Counted from the first letter of the stretch, positions 49,380-60,738 are shown. The stretch is DNA of 61,090 bases from Candidatus Brocadiia bacterium (GCA_046538485.1 JBKHIT010000027.1:1-61090), one strand, 5' to 3'. Translations and numbers: made by a program. Notes: generated by a model not told the origin, from the sequence alone.

Positions 49380-51245
49380 TCACCGATAGCGATCGGAACC
49401 TGGGTGGTCCTCGAAGATCTGATGGAGGACAGAACCGTGGCAATCTTCAGGGACGGGAGCGTCGAGCATATAGCAGAGCGTCGGCACGATGTCGACGAGC
49501 CAGGTGGTTCGTTCGAGTCGGTGACCGTGCCGGATGCCGGGGCCGCTGAAGGCCAGCAGGGACTGATTGGCGCCCATTCCGTGCCGGGCGCTGGAAAGTT
49601 GCTGGCCGTGGGTGCCACCAAAACCCTCACGGAGGGCGTAGACGACATCGCCGATTTTCTTTCCCGTAGGATCGTTCCACAGGCCGAGGATCCGCGCATC
49701 GCGTTTGCTCAGAACCAGGTTGAACGGGTGCCGGCCCGTTTCGGGATGGACTTCCCCCACGAGCGCGCTCATGATTCCTTCCTGGACCTTTTCATAGTCT
49801 TCTGGATCGACCGTTCCCTGCGGATCGCGGTCTTTGCGGTTAACGTTGACGAAATTGCTACCGCTGGGGTACGCTCTGGAGCGAGTCAGGTCAATATTAC
49901 CGTTGGCATCGAGTTTTGCAAGATCGGCTTCCGCCAGTATACGTTTCAGATCCGGTTTCGGGCCGTCGGGCATGCCGCCGTGGTCGCTGACAAGCACGAT
50001 GGTCGTATCGTCGCCGGCGATTTCCATGATCCGTCCGACCATTCGGTCGAGGCTTTTGTGCAGCTCTTCGATGATGCTGCGATAGTAGGCGGCTTCTTTT
50101 TCGCGGGGATTCGTGGCGGGATCGGCGAGGGTCAGACAGTAGTGATTGATACAATCGATGCAATGGACCTGCATCATGGTCAGATCCCAGTCCCGGGTTT
50201 CAGTAAGGTGGGCGAGGGCGTTGCTCATCCACTGGTTTTGGTAGTCGGCGAGTTCGACGAACGTTTCGGGTTCGATCCAATCTCGGTTGCGATTGTGGCC
50301 CAGGCCATCCCATCCGATATCGCAGATGTAGGGGCCGACCTCACGGTGCAGCTCGCGCCCGAGTTCTTCCGGTGAGGTATAGTGGTCGATATCGACTATG
50401 TGAGTGGAGAATAGCCGCAATTTTTCGGCGTCGGGGGAGAGTTCTTCGAGTCGGAACCGAAACGATCCGTCGCGGTGACCGTCGGTGGTCACAAAATCCT
50501 CCACGAGCCATTCGCTCCATTCGCCGGCGGCCATATCGGCGACGGCGGTCTGACGGTCTTTCTGAGGACAGACCGCTATCCGTTCGTATCTGTCGTCGGA
50601 GCCGTAGACCAGCAGGTGGTAGCGTTTGCCGTCGGGGGGAATTTTACAGACCGGGACGCCGAGGCCGACGGAGGGTTCTTTGTCGGCTTCGCTACGGCGC
50701 CCGAAAGTGATGATGGTTTCAAGAGGAGTCGGCCCCGTCTCGGGTAGATCGTCCCAGCCTTCGGCATTTTTGAGATCCAGGTGAGTTGCTCCGTTCCGTT
50801 CGACGGTGGCAAACAGATAGGCTCCATCCAGCTGGTGGGCACATGGTCTAACGTGGCATCCGCAGACCTGCAGGACGGATTCGGCGGTGGGGGGCCAGGA
50901 GGCGGGGTACTTGAGCAGGATCGATTGCTTACCGGCCCGTTCGAGGGCGTCCCAGATGAATTCCGACTCAGACTCTTCCGAGGAATATCCGCACATCCAG
51001 CGGCCGTGGAGTTCTTCGGGCTGGAAAGTCTGAAAACTCATGACCTGATGGGCGCCGTTCGCGATCGAAGTCCAGTTTTCCGGGGTGGAGGTTGGCAGCG
51101 AGGAGAACGTCTGCGGTGCGAGTGTCCCTTCGTTGAGAAAAGATTCGATATTGGGAAGTTTGTGCTCTTCAATGAGCCGTTCGACGAACGGGGTTGTGAC
51201 ACCGTCCAGACCGACGACGATCACTTTCTTCGGATACTGAGCCAT
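49380..51245 (-). CDS. Alkaline phosphatase superfamily (nucleotide pyrophosphatase/phosphodiesterase) protein
   Basis: VGLDG, TSTPENWTSI, LVSDHG, GTHG, VDIVPTL. Confidence 0.85.
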   Translation of the reverse strand: MAQYPKKVIVVGLDGVTTPFVERLIEEHKLPNIESFLNEGTLAPQTFSSLPTSTPENWTSIANGAHQVMSFQTFQPEELHGRWMCGYSSEESESEFIWDALERAGKQSILLKYPASWPPTAESVLQVCGCHVRPCAHQLDGAYLFATVERNGATHLDLKNAEGWDDLPETGPTPLETIITFGRRSEADKEPSVGLGVPVCKIPPDGKRYHLLVYGSDDRYERIAVCPQKDRQTAVADMAAGEWSEWLVEDFVTTDGHRDGSFRFRLEELSPDAEKLRLFSTHIVDIDHYTSPEELGRELHREVGPYICDIGWDGLGHNRNRDWIEPETFVELADYQNQWMSNALAHLTETRDWDLTMMQVHCIDCINHYCLTLADPATNPREKEAAYYRSIIEELHKSLDRMVGRIMEIAGDDTTIVLVSDHGGMPDGPKPDLKRILAEADLAKLDANGNIDLTRSRAYPSGSNFVNVNRKDRDPQGTVDPEDYEKVQEGIMSALVGEVHPETGRHPFNLVLSKRDARILGLWNDPTGKKIGDVVYALREGFGGTHGQQLSSARHGMGANQSLLAFSGPGIRHGHRLERTTWLVDIVPTLCYMLDAPVPEDCHGSVLHQIFEDHPGSDRYR

Positions 51246-51598
51246 TTTAGCCTCCGGTTCCTCGAAAATATAACACCACCGGCATTAACCCGAGTATAGC
51301 CCGGAACTCACACGATACTCAAGTTTTCCGTTTGATTTACGCTCCGAAGCGTCATATCTTCCTGTTTTTCAGGGAGGAGAAACTGATATGTCGCCCGCCG
51401 AAGAAGATGTGGCGGTTACCCGAGCCCCCCTGGCGTCTCTCCCTTGAAAATTCAGCTTTGAAAAATGTCTGGACCACAAAATACATTCGTGAAAACTCCT
51501 TGTGGGGTTTCTATAATAGGGGCAGTGGATTTTGCAAGGTCTATCGGCGTGTAAGAAATGCCTCCGTCTGGTAGCTATTGAAAAACAGGGAGAATACG

Positions 51599-52957
51599 AT
51601 GGCGCTCAGCACAGCGAATGAGAAAACTATGCCGGAAACCAGAAGAAGAGCCGACGAGGAGTTGTTGCCGGACATTGAGATGTACGGCGACTATGATGTG
51701 GTAGTGGCGGGGGGAGGACCGGCTGGGTTATGCGCCGGACTGGCCTCGGTGCGTCGTGGAGCGAAGACGCTTGTGGTGGAACAGTTCAACTGTCTCGGCG
51801 GAATGGCAACAACCGGGTTACATCAGCATATAGGGGTCTTTATGGGCGAGGGGGGACGCCCGGAGATTGTGGGTGGATTACCCCGGGAGATTGGGCAACG
51901 AGCGGAAGAGAACTGGGGGGCATCTTTCGGCGGGCGTTATCTTGACGTGGAAATTGAGGGTTTTAAGTGTCTTCTCGACGAGATGGCCGGGGAAGCAGGT
52001 CTTGATGTTTTGTTCTACAGCCTGGTCGTGGATGTGATTCTGGAAGAGGGCCGGGCCGCGGGCGTGGTAATGAGCAACAAATCGGGCCTTTTCCTGGCGG
52101 AGGCGGATCGCATTGTGGATTGCACGGGCGATGCGGATGTGGCTTTTCGCGCGGGGTGTCCGGTGAACTTTGGGCGTCCCGAGGACGAACGGACTCAACC
52201 CGGAACGCTCATGTTCCGTCTGGGTGGTGTTGATTGGGACAAATTGCGCGAATACCGGGAGGATGACCCGCTGCTGGAAGATTTCTGCCAACGGGCAGTA
52301 AAGGAAGATTTGATGCGACCCTGGCAGAGCCGGCTGATGGGATTCTGGTATGTGCCGAGCCGTCCGGATCAGGTGGGCGTGAATTTTACCCACATGCATT
52401 TTGATGGTACCTCGGCATCGGAACTCAGCTCCGCTGCTATGACCGGCCGACGACAGGTGCAGGAGGCGGTGCGGGCGATGAAAGCCTTGCTGCCCGGATT
52501 TGAAGACGCCTATCTGATCGATACGGCAGTGCAGATGGGGGTGCGGGAAACGCGGAGAATCGTGGGGAGTTATATACTGACCGAAGAGGATATTCGCGAA
52601 CAGAAGATTTTTGAGGATAGCATTGGACTCGGCAGTGCCTATGTGGACATTCATAATGTCGACGGGCCGGGGATGGACAAACGAGCCGGTTTTTCTCTGC
52701 CGGAAGGCGGATACTATTCGATCCCTTACAGAACTCTTGTGCCGCAGGAAGTGGACAATCTCCTGGTTGCGGGCCGGTGCCATAGCTGCACTCACGAGGC
52801 GGCCGGTTCGACACGATGGATTACACAGTGTATGGTTATGGGGCAGGCCGCGGGAATGGCCGCGGCGCTGAGCGCGCGCGAAGAAGTTTCTCCCAGAGAA
52901 CTCGATGTATCGGAACTCCAGCGTAAACTCCTAAGCGAGGGCGCGATTCTGGATTGA
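51599..52957 (+). CDS. FAD-dependent oxidoreductase
   Basis: VAGGGPAG, LGGMATTG, DCTGDADV, GVRETRRI, IPYRTL, NLLVAGRC. Confidence 0.88.
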   Translation: MALSTANEKTMPETRRRADEELLPDIEMYGDYDVVVAGGGPAGLCAGLASVRRGAKTLVVEQFNCLGGMATTGLHQHIGVFMGEGGRPEIVGGLPREIGQRAEENWGASFGGRYLDVEIEGFKCLLDEMAGEAGLDVLFYSLVVDVILEEGRAAGVVMSNKSGLFLAEADRIVDCTGDADVAFRAGCPVNFGRPEDERTQPGTLMFRLGGVDWDKLREYREDDPLLEDFCQRAVKEDLMRPWQSRLMGFWYVPSRPDQVGVNFTHMHFDGTSASELSSAAMTGRRQVQEAVRAMKALLPGFEDAYLIDTAVQMGVRETRRIVGSYILTEEDIREQKIFEDSIGLGSAYVDIHNVDGPGMDKRAGFSLPEGGYYSIPYRTLVPQEVDNLLVAGRCHSCTHEAAGSTRWITQCMVMGQAAGMAAALSAREEVSPRELDVSELQRKLLSEGAILD

Positions 52958-52981
52958 TATAATAAGAAAGGAAAACATTCC

Positions 52982-53716
52982 ATGGTACGAAGAGAAATCA
53001 CAGCAGCAATTCTGATCTTGCTGGCATGTCTTTCAATCTGGGCGGCGGGAAAAAAAGAGAAGCCGAAAGAATTTGAGAGCTGGCTGGTCTATCAAAATTC
53101 GAAGACTGATGATGTGGGCTACGTGCATATTATTCAGAAACCGAGCGAGGATAAAAAAGCCCCTTGGGTTGTGATTGTCGAAGAAAGAATCTGCAAAGGC
53201 GGGAAAAGTGTACCTGTTGACCTCATTCTGTTTGCAAAGGATAATCGCTACCTGACGCCGGCCCGATTTGTGTGCCAGGGGGGCGGAAGCGGGGGTGGTA
53301 CGTTCAGCGCGGAAGTGAACGACGGAAAAATCGAAGCGCGGGCCGGGCGAAAAAAGATAGAAATAGAAATGCCGGAGAACACGGCACCGTTTATGGCTCT
53401 TTTCCGTATTGTTGAAGATCTCCCTTTCGATAAAAACAAAGTATTCAAGTTCAGCTGCCTTCGTTCCACGAGCCTCGAGATCGGGAAAAATCAGAAAATA
53501 GAATACGAAGGGAAGAAAAAAGTAGATCTGGGTAACCGGGAAATCAAGCTTCATCAGTTTCTGTATTCCGATAAAGAAGACAAAATAGGATATTTTTGGC
53601 TTGACGATAATCACCGTTTAATAAGTGCTTTAATAGCTGGCCGAGAGACTTTCACCCGGACAACTCCCAAAAGGGCTCGCCAGGTGGTTGAAGAGTGTCT
53701 CGACGTAGCCCACTGA
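52982..53716 (+). CDS. Hypothetical exported protein
   Basis: 244-aa ORF with signal peptide and AAGGA RBS. Confidence 0.65.
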   Translation: MVRREITAAILILLACLSIWAAGKKEKPKEFESWLVYQNSKTDDVGYVHIIQKPSEDKKAPWVVIVEERICKGGKSVPVDLILFAKDNRYLTPARFVCQGGGSGGGTFSAEVNDGKIEARAGRKKIEIEMPENTAPFMALFRIVEDLPFDKNKVFKFSCLRSTSLEIGKNQKIEYEGKKKVDLGNREIKLHQFLYSDKEDKIGYFWLDDNHRLISALIAGRETFTRTTPKRARQVVEECLDVAH

Positions 53717-53784
53717 AAATTTTCTTTCCAGGTTTTTAGCATTCTGATATCTTTCTCCGCTCAGGATTTTTCTGTGACAGCGAC

Positions 53785-54129
53785 ATGGCAAAGATAACGA
53801 AGTCTATCGAAGCGATGCGAGCCCGCCGTGCATACGCTGCGACTGACCGGATTATCTGCGAGTTTTGGCTCGGGAAAGCTTTTATGGGCGAGGAATTCAG
53901 CGCGAGCGGTTGTGCCCACGCGAGGATACGTTTCGAAGGGACGGGGCGAATTAAACAGGTTATGCTTTTGCGTGATAGCGAGCCGTGGCGGGAGTGGACT
54001 CCGCACGGAACGGAGACTGACATCCAATTTGCTCTGAGTGCTGAAGATATAAAAGGACACTATTTTTACGTTCGTATGATGCAGGAGGACAGCAATCTGG
54101 CATGGTCCAGTCCGATTTGGGTGGATTGA
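53785..54129 (+). pseudogene. C-terminal fragment of a DUF3604-like protein
   Basis: EAMRARRAYAAT...FMGE...YFYVRMMQEDSNLAWSSPIWV; these motifs normally end a much longer protein. Confidence 0.6.
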
Positions 54130-54169
54130 AGTCCGAAGAACCGCTGACCAAGATCGGGGAGTACCGCAG

Positions 54170-54745
54170 ATGGTTGAATTTCGCCGATTGGACGATAAAA
54201 CGGCGGTTCTGGAGTACCGGGATATAACGCGATGTCTGGCAGGGTGGGTCCTGGGAGTGCCTTTGACCATTGCCTATGTGGGCGCGATGGCGTCTGTGAC
54301 CCTTTTTGGAATTGGGATCGCTCCGCCGGCACGATTGCTGCTTTTTTGTGTTTCGGTACTGTTATATTTTATCGTTGGGTTTCATGGATGGCACCAGTAT
54401 GGCGTACGATTTTGGAACCCGCTGTGGGCGTTCACGATGATCCGAAGGACGCGATTCAGCCGAAGTGCCGGGACGGCTCGTATGAAGCTCGGTCCGTCCG
54501 CGATCGCGATTCCCAAAAGTATCAATCTCGACGAGATTGAATCGGTGGTGTACTGCGATCAGGGGGAAGAATCCAAAACATGGAACCGTTTGGTCATCCA
54601 ATCGACGTCGGGGGATCGGTGGCTCCTTGCGATTGAAGAATCACATGGACGACGCGTGGAGGCGGTAGGCAAGGAACTCGCGGATTTTCTTGGGGTCGCT
54701 TTCCACACCGGGACGGGATCACCTCGTATGAAGGAAGAGGCGTAA
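54170..54745 (+). CDS. Hypothetical two-TM membrane protein
   Basis: 191-aa ORF, GGGAG RBS, two TM helices, C-terminal ELADFLGV. Confidence 0.65.
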   Translation: MVEFRRLDDKTAVLEYRDITRCLAGWVLGVPLTIAYVGAMASVTLFGIGIAPPARLLLFCVSVLLYFIVGFHGWHQYGVRFWNPLWAFTMIRRTRFSRSAGTARMKLGPSAIAIPKSINLDEIESVVYCDQGEESKTWNRLVIQSTSGDRWLLAIEESHGRRVEAVGKELADFLGVAFHTGTGSPRMKEEA

Positions 54746-54863
54746 TCAGGGGCTGAAGAAATACTTTACGGTGCCGGGAGAGTGTCAAGACGCAGGCGAT
54801 TTTGAAAAAAGAAAGAACCGGTGTAAAATACGGCGGCCTATTTTAAGTCGGAACGAATGAGCT

Positions 54864-56096
54864 ATGACTGCAACTGTTGATGATGAAAGATACCGGGTTC
54901 TTTCTCGAACGCGCGCGATAGATCCGCGGACGCGTAAACCCGTCCCCGCACTCGTGCTGCAATCAGAGGACGGTGTCTTTCTCGAAAAGATGTTACCACG
55001 GGGGGAAAGGCGGCGGGTGCAGATCGAAAAAGATCCGGAATTTTACCGGGCTTTTGCGGATCCTGAGCCAGCGGGAGAGTCGACGCTTGGCAACCTTTAT
55101 TTTTACGTAACTTCCAGATGTAATCTTTCCTGCCCGGTTTGTTACGAGGCAAACCGTAATGTCGGTGAGCCTTCTCTGGAGTCCATGGGGAAGGTTTTGG
55201 GGTCGATGAGCCGAATGCAGGTTCTCCTTTGTGGTGCCGAACCTACATGCCGGGACGAACTGCCGGAGATTATCTCGCTGGTGGACCGGGAAAATACGCC
55301 CTACATCATTACAAATGGTATAAAGTTGAAGGACCGAGGTTACTGCTTGCGCCTGAAAGAAGCCGGCCTGAAGTACGTTATACTCTCTTTTAACGGCCTG
55401 ACCGATGATGTCTACAGGACGATAAACGGGCGCCCACTTCTGCGGGAGAAAATGACTGCCCTGGAGAACCTGCGGGAACTCGACATGGAGGTCTTTCTAT
55501 CGACAACGATTGCGCGGGGAGTGAATGACGCGCAGATAGCTGATCTGGCCGAATTTTATCTGAAAAGACCGTTCATTCGGCAGATCCGTTTCCGCGCGAT
55601 GGCCTCTCTGGGGGCGTTTCTGCAAACCGAGCGTATTTTTATGAGCGAACTTCTCACCATGGTTTGCGACGGATTTGGCATTGACCGGGAAATGGCGATG
55701 CGCCACCTTTTGTTCATGGACAGGCTGGGCAAAACGCTGAAGAAAGACTATTTGCGGCCGCGACTTTGTTCGCTGAAGGTGGACATGAACCATTCGATGC
55801 GCCCAATTGCTTCCGAGTATGGCTTTGGTTACCATAATGAAAATGGGGATGGGCGGTTCGCTATCCTTTCACATGCAATACGGGCGTGGGGTTTGAAATA
55901 TGCTTTGCGACAGGCCTGGAACCGGGTGGGGAAGCACCGTTATGTCGGCCCCCGCAATAAATACCGCGTCAGTCTGCGTGTCTGGCCCGACCGGGACACG
56001 ATGGATCTCGGTATGGGGTCACGGTGTATGGCTGGATACTGGCGAGATGGGAGGGTGCAACCGTTTTGTCTCTGCAACGCACAGAGGGAAGCCTGA
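54864..56096 (+). CDS. Radical SAM protein resembling the Tes/MJ0619 family
   Basis: TSRCNLSCPVCY, GAEPT, TNG, GVND, C-terminal RCMAGYWRDGRVQPFCLCN. Confidence 0.8.
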   Translation: MTATVDDERYRVLSRTRAIDPRTRKPVPALVLQSEDGVFLEKMLPRGERRRVQIEKDPEFYRAFADPEPAGESTLGNLYFYVTSRCNLSCPVCYEANRNVGEPSLESMGKVLGSMSRMQVLLCGAEPTCRDELPEIISLVDRENTPYIITNGIKLKDRGYCLRLKEAGLKYVILSFNGLTDDVYRTINGRPLLREKMTALENLRELDMEVFLSTTIARGVNDAQIADLAEFYLKRPFIRQIRFRAMASLGAFLQTERIFMSELLTMVCDGFGIDREMAMRHLLFMDRLGKTLKKDYLRPRLCSLKVDMNHSMRPIASEYGFGYHNENGDGRFAILSHAIRAWGLKYALRQAWNRVGKHRYVGPRNKYRVSLRVWPDRDTMDLGMGSRCMAGYWRDGRVQPFCLCNAQREA

Positions 56097-56923
56097 ACCT
56101 TGAGAGAGGGTCAGCGGACTGCGAAAGCCGTTGTGACGGGCGGAAGCTGGCGTATTTCTTCCGGTTGATTCGTCTCGCTTCCTGGTGGGACAAGCTTTTT
56201 TTGGTCGGCGGTGCCGCAGCTTTATTGATGCTGGTTTCTCCGACGGGCCGAGATTGGGCGTTGTGGGGAGCTTTTGTTGTCCTGACCGGTTTGCTATTGA
56301 TTCATGCCTATATTTTTAATGATATCTGTGATACGCCGTACGATGCAGCAGTTGGACGCGATACAGCTGACATTTCTGAACGGGACAGGCGAATCGTTCT
56401 CGGTTTTTCGGGTGCTCTGGGTGCTCTCATTCTGGTGGTGTTTTTCCCGATTTTTGCTGCGTTGCTCCTGGGAGCCAGCTACTTTCTCATGTCTCTTTTC
56501 TACTCCGCCCCACCGTGTCGCTTGAAAGGTCGGGGGATTCTCGGGGTGGTTATTGCGGGATTTGCGCAGCGTCCCCTCCTTTTTTTGATATTTAGTTTGA
56601 CCCTGGGGCTGTACACCGTCCCAGTTCTTCTGCTTATCGTCTGGTTGTTCAGCGGCGGACTGATTGCGATGCTCGGTCATCAGGTGGGCGATTATCGTGA
56701 CGATCAAATCAACGGGATTTCCACTTTCGCTGCCCGCTGGGGCCGCTCGATCAGTCTTGTTCTCTGTGGGCTTTTTGGACTGCTCTTTCTGGTATGTTGT
56801 TTGCTGCCGCTATGGTATCTCAAAGCTCATTGCGCGCTGATTTTATTCCTGGGCATGGGCGGACTTTCCGTCATTGTCGGGTGGCAGTGTATGCGGGGGT
56901 ATCTATTGCTGCGGGCCCGATGA
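56024..56923 (+). CDS. UbiA family prenyltransferase (true start probably near 56090-56150)
   Basis: NDICDTPYD, YSAPPCRLK, HQVGDYRDDQINGISTFA; multiple TMs. Confidence 0.85.
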   Translation: MYGWILARWEGATVLSLQRTEGSLNLERGSADCESRCDGRKLAYFFRLIRLASWWDKLFLVGGAAALLMLVSPTGRDWALWGAFVVLTGLLLIHAYIFNDICDTPYDAAVGRDTADISERDRRIVLGFSGALGALILVVFFPIFAALLLGASYFLMSLFYSAPPCRLKGRGILGVVIAGFAQRPLLFLIFSLTLGLYTVPVLLLIVWLFSGGLIAMLGHQVGDYRDDQINGISTFAARWGRSISLVLCGLFGLLFLVCCLLPLWYLKAHCALILFLGMGGLSVIVGWQCMRGYLLLRAR

Positions 56924-56982
56924 GCCAGCCTGCAGTCGTTTGACCTTTCGGAGGCCGGTCCGAGGGTTTTGACGCGGGGGGG

Positions 56983-59757
56983 TCATTTGTTGTCGGCGAT
57001 AGCCAGACGCACCCAACGCCAGGTTTGGCCGATGATCAGAGGTAGTATGGCGCAGCCGATTATCACACCCCAGTCGCGCAGATCGGGCGACATTGTTTTG
57101 AGGATGTTTTTAAGAAACGGGACATAAACAGCTGCGAGCATAAGGCCGGCGCTCAGGATAATAGCTCCGATCATCCACATATTGCTGAACCAGTCTCCCA
57201 GCCGCATGGGTTCGTGCTGTTTGCGACAGTTGAAGACATGGAAAAGCTGTGCGAAAGCGATGGTAAGAAAACTAAGGGTCACGGCATCGTAATGTCCTTG
57301 GGACGGATCGTAGCCATAAGTGCGGAAACCATAGAAAAAAGCGAGCAGTGTCGCGAGGGTCATCAGAATGCCGTATCCGCCGATACTTCCGAGCATGTTG
57401 CGTTCGAGCAGTGGTTGATCCGGGTCTTTTGGTGGCCTTTCCATGACATCCGGTTCCCCGGGCTCGACCGCGAGAGCCAGCGCCGGAAAGACGTCGGTTA
57501 TGAGGTTCATCCAGAGGATTTGCAGGGGCAGGAGGGCGAGAGGTTTACCAATCAACGAGGCCCCGAGCATCGTGAGGATCTCACCCAGGTTGCAACTGAA
57601 CAGATAGGTAATGAATTTTTGAATATTGTCATAGATGATTCGGCCGCGATGCACGGCTTCACCGACCGTGCTGAACTGATCGTCCAGCAGCACCATATCG
57701 GACGTCTCTTTTGCAACGTCGGTGCCCCGGATCCCCATTGCCACGCCGATATCCGCGCTTTTGAGGGCGGCGGCATCATTGACGCCGTCTCCGAGCATCG
57801 CGCAGATTTCTCCGCGTTTTTGCAGACCATCGAGGATACGCATTTTATGTTCCGGGGAGACCCGAGCGAACACTTCGGTCCCTTCGAAATGTTCTGCCAG
57901 TTCTTCCTCATTGAGAGCCTCGATTTCGCGACCTGAGAGGACGGGACCATCCGACGGGGCGACCCCGAGTTCAGCGGCGATTGCGCGCGCCGTCATAGGT
58001 TGATCTCCCGTTATCATCACCGTCTTGATGCCGGCTTCTGTCAGTCTTTTTACGGTTTCGGCGGCTTCTTTTCGCGGTGGGTCCATGATCCCGGCCAGGC
58101 CGAGCCAGAGCAGATCCGTAAAGGCCTCCTCGCGATCTTCGGGGGGCTCATCCACGGTGCGGCAGGCAAGCCCCAGCACGCGGAGGCCTTTTTCGGCCAT
58201 ACTCTCGTTTTTGCGCTCGATTTGCTGCCTTTTATCTTCCGTCATTTCCCCGATACCTTCGGGTTCAAGGACGCGGTTGCAATGGGGAAGAACATTCGTC
58301 GGAGCGCCTTTGACGCTGAGCATTTTGCCTTTAGCTTCCGCGTAGAGTTCCCCCAAGTTCGCGTTCACGGTCCCCATTATCATCGTTTCGCTGGTGAAGG
58401 GGTATTCATGTTTTTCGGGATGATTTTCATGGAGTTCTGCGCGGCTGATCCCCGCTTTCTCTGCGGCGACCACAAGGGCTCCCTCGGTGGGGTCGCCTGT
58501 GATCTCCCAGTGGCCATCATCATTTTCGCGGAGCGTGGCGTTGTTGCAGAGCGCCCCGGCGCTGAGGGCTGCACTTATGCGAGGATCGGAACGGGGATTA
58601 ATGGTACCTCCTTCTCGCTTGAATTCTCCTTCAGGGCTGTAACCAACGCCAGAAATTTCAACATCTTCACCGGGAAGCGCCAGCAACCGCTGGGCCATCT
58701 CACTACGGGTCAGAGTCCCTGTCTTGTCGGTGCATACCGAGGTGACGGAGCCAAGGGTTTCGACGGCCGGAAGGTTTCGGATAAGCGCATTGCGGCGGGC
58801 CATTTGCTTCATCCCGACCGCAAGCGTGATGGTCGCTACGGCAGGCAATCCTTCCGGAATTGCCGCGACAGCCAGGGCAATGCCCGCTTCGATCATATGC
58901 CAGATTTGTTCCCCCTGGACGATCCCGGAGATTGCTACGACAATCGCTACCCCGAGGCAGATCCAGATCAGTCTGCGGGACATCCGTGCGAGCCTTTGTT
59001 CCAGTGGGGTTTCTTCCTCTTCGACGCCTTCCAGCATCTTGCCCACGCGTCCGATTTCTGTCGCTTCGCCCGTGGCCACGACAATTGCCCGGGCATTCCC
59101 GGTCGTGAGGTTGGTGCCGCGGTAGACCATATTTTCACGGTCTGCCAGAGGGGTCTCCGGATCTTCCAATGGGGCGGTGGATTTCGATACAGGCAGAGAT
59201 TCCCCGGTCAGCGGCGATTCATCGATTTTAAGTTTGACCGCTTCAAAAAGACGCGAATCGGCGGGCACCGACTGTCCTTCTTCGAGCAAAATGACGTCAC
59301 CGGGCACCAGTTCAGCGGCGGGGAGAGTTCTTGCGTCACCGTCACGAATCACTGAAGTTGTTGTTCGGCCGAGCTTCTGGAGGGCTTCCATGGCCCGATT
59401 GGCCCTGAGTTCGGTGATAAAGCCGATGCCCGAATTAAGCAGTATGACCACAACTATGCTAATACCCTCCGGCATATGCCCGAGCGCAAAACTGACAATT
59501 GCAGCTGCGGCCAGAAGCAATACCACAACATTCTTAAATTGATCAAAGAGAATTTCATGCCAGGGGACCGATTCTACTTTGCGCAGTTCGTTGCGACCAT
59601 ACCGCTGCTGTCTCTCATCGGCCTCCTCGGAACTCAGACCTGTGGAAAGATCGCTTCCGAGTTGCTCTGAAACCTCTTCGACCGGCATGCAGTGCCAGTC
59701 CTGTTGCAGACGGGATTGCTGTTGCTGTTTTTCCGCTGGATCGTTGTTTTGTGACAC
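56983..59757 (-). CDS. P-type cation (Ca2+-like, P2A) ATPase
   Basis: LTGES, IPEGLP, DKTGTLT, KGAP, DPPR, MITGD, GDGVND; GTG start with GAGGG RBS. Confidence 0.93.
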   Translation of the reverse strand: MSQNNDPAEKQQQQSRLQQDWHCMPVEEVSEQLGSDLSTGLSSEEADERQQRYGRNELRKVESVPWHEILFDQFKNVVVLLLAAAAIVSFALGHMPEGISIVVVILLNSGIGFITELRANRAMEALQKLGRTTTSVIRDGDARTLPAAELVPGDVILLEEGQSVPADSRLFEAVKLKIDESPLTGESLPVSKSTAPLEDPETPLADRENMVYRGTNLTTGNARAIVVATGEATEIGRVGKMLEGVEEEETPLEQRLARMSRRLIWICLGVAIVVAISGIVQGEQIWHMIEAGIALAVAAIPEGLPAVATITLAVGMKQMARRNALIRNLPAVETLGSVTSVCTDKTGTLTRSEMAQRLLALPGEDVEISGVGYSPEGEFKREGGTINPRSDPRISAALSAGALCNNATLRENDDGHWEITGDPTEGALVVAAEKAGISRAELHENHPEKHEYPFTSETMIMGTVNANLGELYAEAKGKMLSVKGAPTNVLPHCNRVLEPEGIGEMTEDKRQQIERKNESMAEKGLRVLGLACRTVDEPPEDREEAFTDLLWLGLAGIMDPPRKEAAETVKRLTEAGIKTVMITGDQPMTARAIAAELGVAPSDGPVLSGREIEALNEEELAEHFEGTEVFARVSPEHKMRILDGLQKRGEICAMLGDGVNDAAALKSADIGVAMGIRGTDVAKETSDMVLLDDQFSTVGEAVHRGRIIYDNIQKFITYLFSCNLGEILTMLGASLIGKPLALLPLQILWMNLITDVFPALALAVEPGEPDVMERPPKDPDQPLLERNMLGSIGGYGILMTLATLLAFFYGFRTYGYDPSQGHYDAVTLSFLTIAFAQLFHVFNCRKQHEPMRLGDWFSNMWMIGAIILSAGLMLAAVYVPFLKNILKTMSPDLRDWGVIIGCAILPLIIGQTWRWVRLAIADNK

Positions 59758-59970
59758 AGTTCCCTCGATCTCAAGGTGCGAGCGAAAAATCAGGATAGAG
59801 GCAAGCCGTCCCGGGTGCAACTGAGTGAGTCAGATGGGCAAGAACTAAATATCTCTGGATTGTTTCGGATATGCGCCACATAAATTTTCTCTTGACGCTT
59901 TTGTGCAGGCGTTCTAAAGTGCTAACGGTGCGGCCGTGGCCTCAGGCCAGAATAGAAAGTGGGGATTTCC

Positions 59971-60738
59971 ATGCGATATGTATTGTTGGCGTTGGCGGTC
60001 GTTTTTGCGGCGGGATGTTTGGGAACACCTGATTGGGAGCCGGTAGAATACGGTGCGATCCGTTCGACGGCCGATCGGGCAGGAGAAAACAGGTCCTGGA
60101 AGAGGCCAGATACCGTGCCGCCTGAACCCGCGCGACGAACCGGAAACGTGGTTATCAGTGTTGAGAGGCGTGTTTTTAGCGGGGCCGACCAGATTAACTT
60201 CAGTACTCTGTGGCGTTATGCCAATAATAACATCGTGGTCAAAGGTGGCCGTATTGCCCGCCGCAACGGTCTTTATGTTGGCGGTTCCACGGGCAATTTT
60301 AGAGCCGCTTTGCAGACCATAGCCCGCAAAAGCCAGAATGTAAAAAGGAGCCGGGCGCATATCGTAACCCTCAGCGGTCACAGCGCGCGCATAAAAGTGG
60401 GGCAACAGACCTATGTCGAGACTTTGCGTTTCCGCGCCCCACAGCGAAATATTGTCATGCTGGAACGCGCTTTTGTGGGGGCATCTCTGAGTGTAAGGCC
60501 GAACGTCTTGCCGCAAAATCGGTTGCGGATTGTTTTGCAACCAGTTTTTACGACCAAAAAGGGACGGAAAGTAGAAATCACGGACATGGCCACCGAGGTC
60601 ATTGTCCGACACGGCCAGCAAATGGTGATCGGCGGGCTGAATGAATCGTCCGACAGCGCAGGTTATACGTTATTTCACAGCGGGCGGGGTCGGAAGAGTC
60701 AGAAGAGGGTGCTGATACTCACGGCATTTATTCAGTGA
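59971..60738 (+). CDS. Short lipoprotein with a secretin C-terminal-like domain
   Basis: Lipobox AAGC; IVTLSGHSARIKVGQ, LSVRP, TEVIVRHGQQMVIGGL. Confidence 0.7.
   Translation: MRYVLLALAVVFAAGCLGTPDWEPVEYGAIRSTADRAGENRSWKRPDTVPPEPARRTGNVVISVERRVFSGADQINFSTLWRYANNNIVVKGGRIARRNGLYVGGSTGNFRAALQTIARKSQNVKRSRAHIVTLSGHSARIKVGQQTYVETLRFRAPQRNIVMLERAFVGASLSVRPNVLPQNRLRIVLQPVFTTKKGRKVEITDMATEVIVRHGQQMVIGGLNESSDSAGYTLFHSGRGRKSQKRVLILTAFIQ

Noticed and set aside
59758..59950. yybP-ykoY riboswitch ahead of the P-type ATPase
   Set aside because: The GGGGAGTAG and GAGACC motifs were not found.
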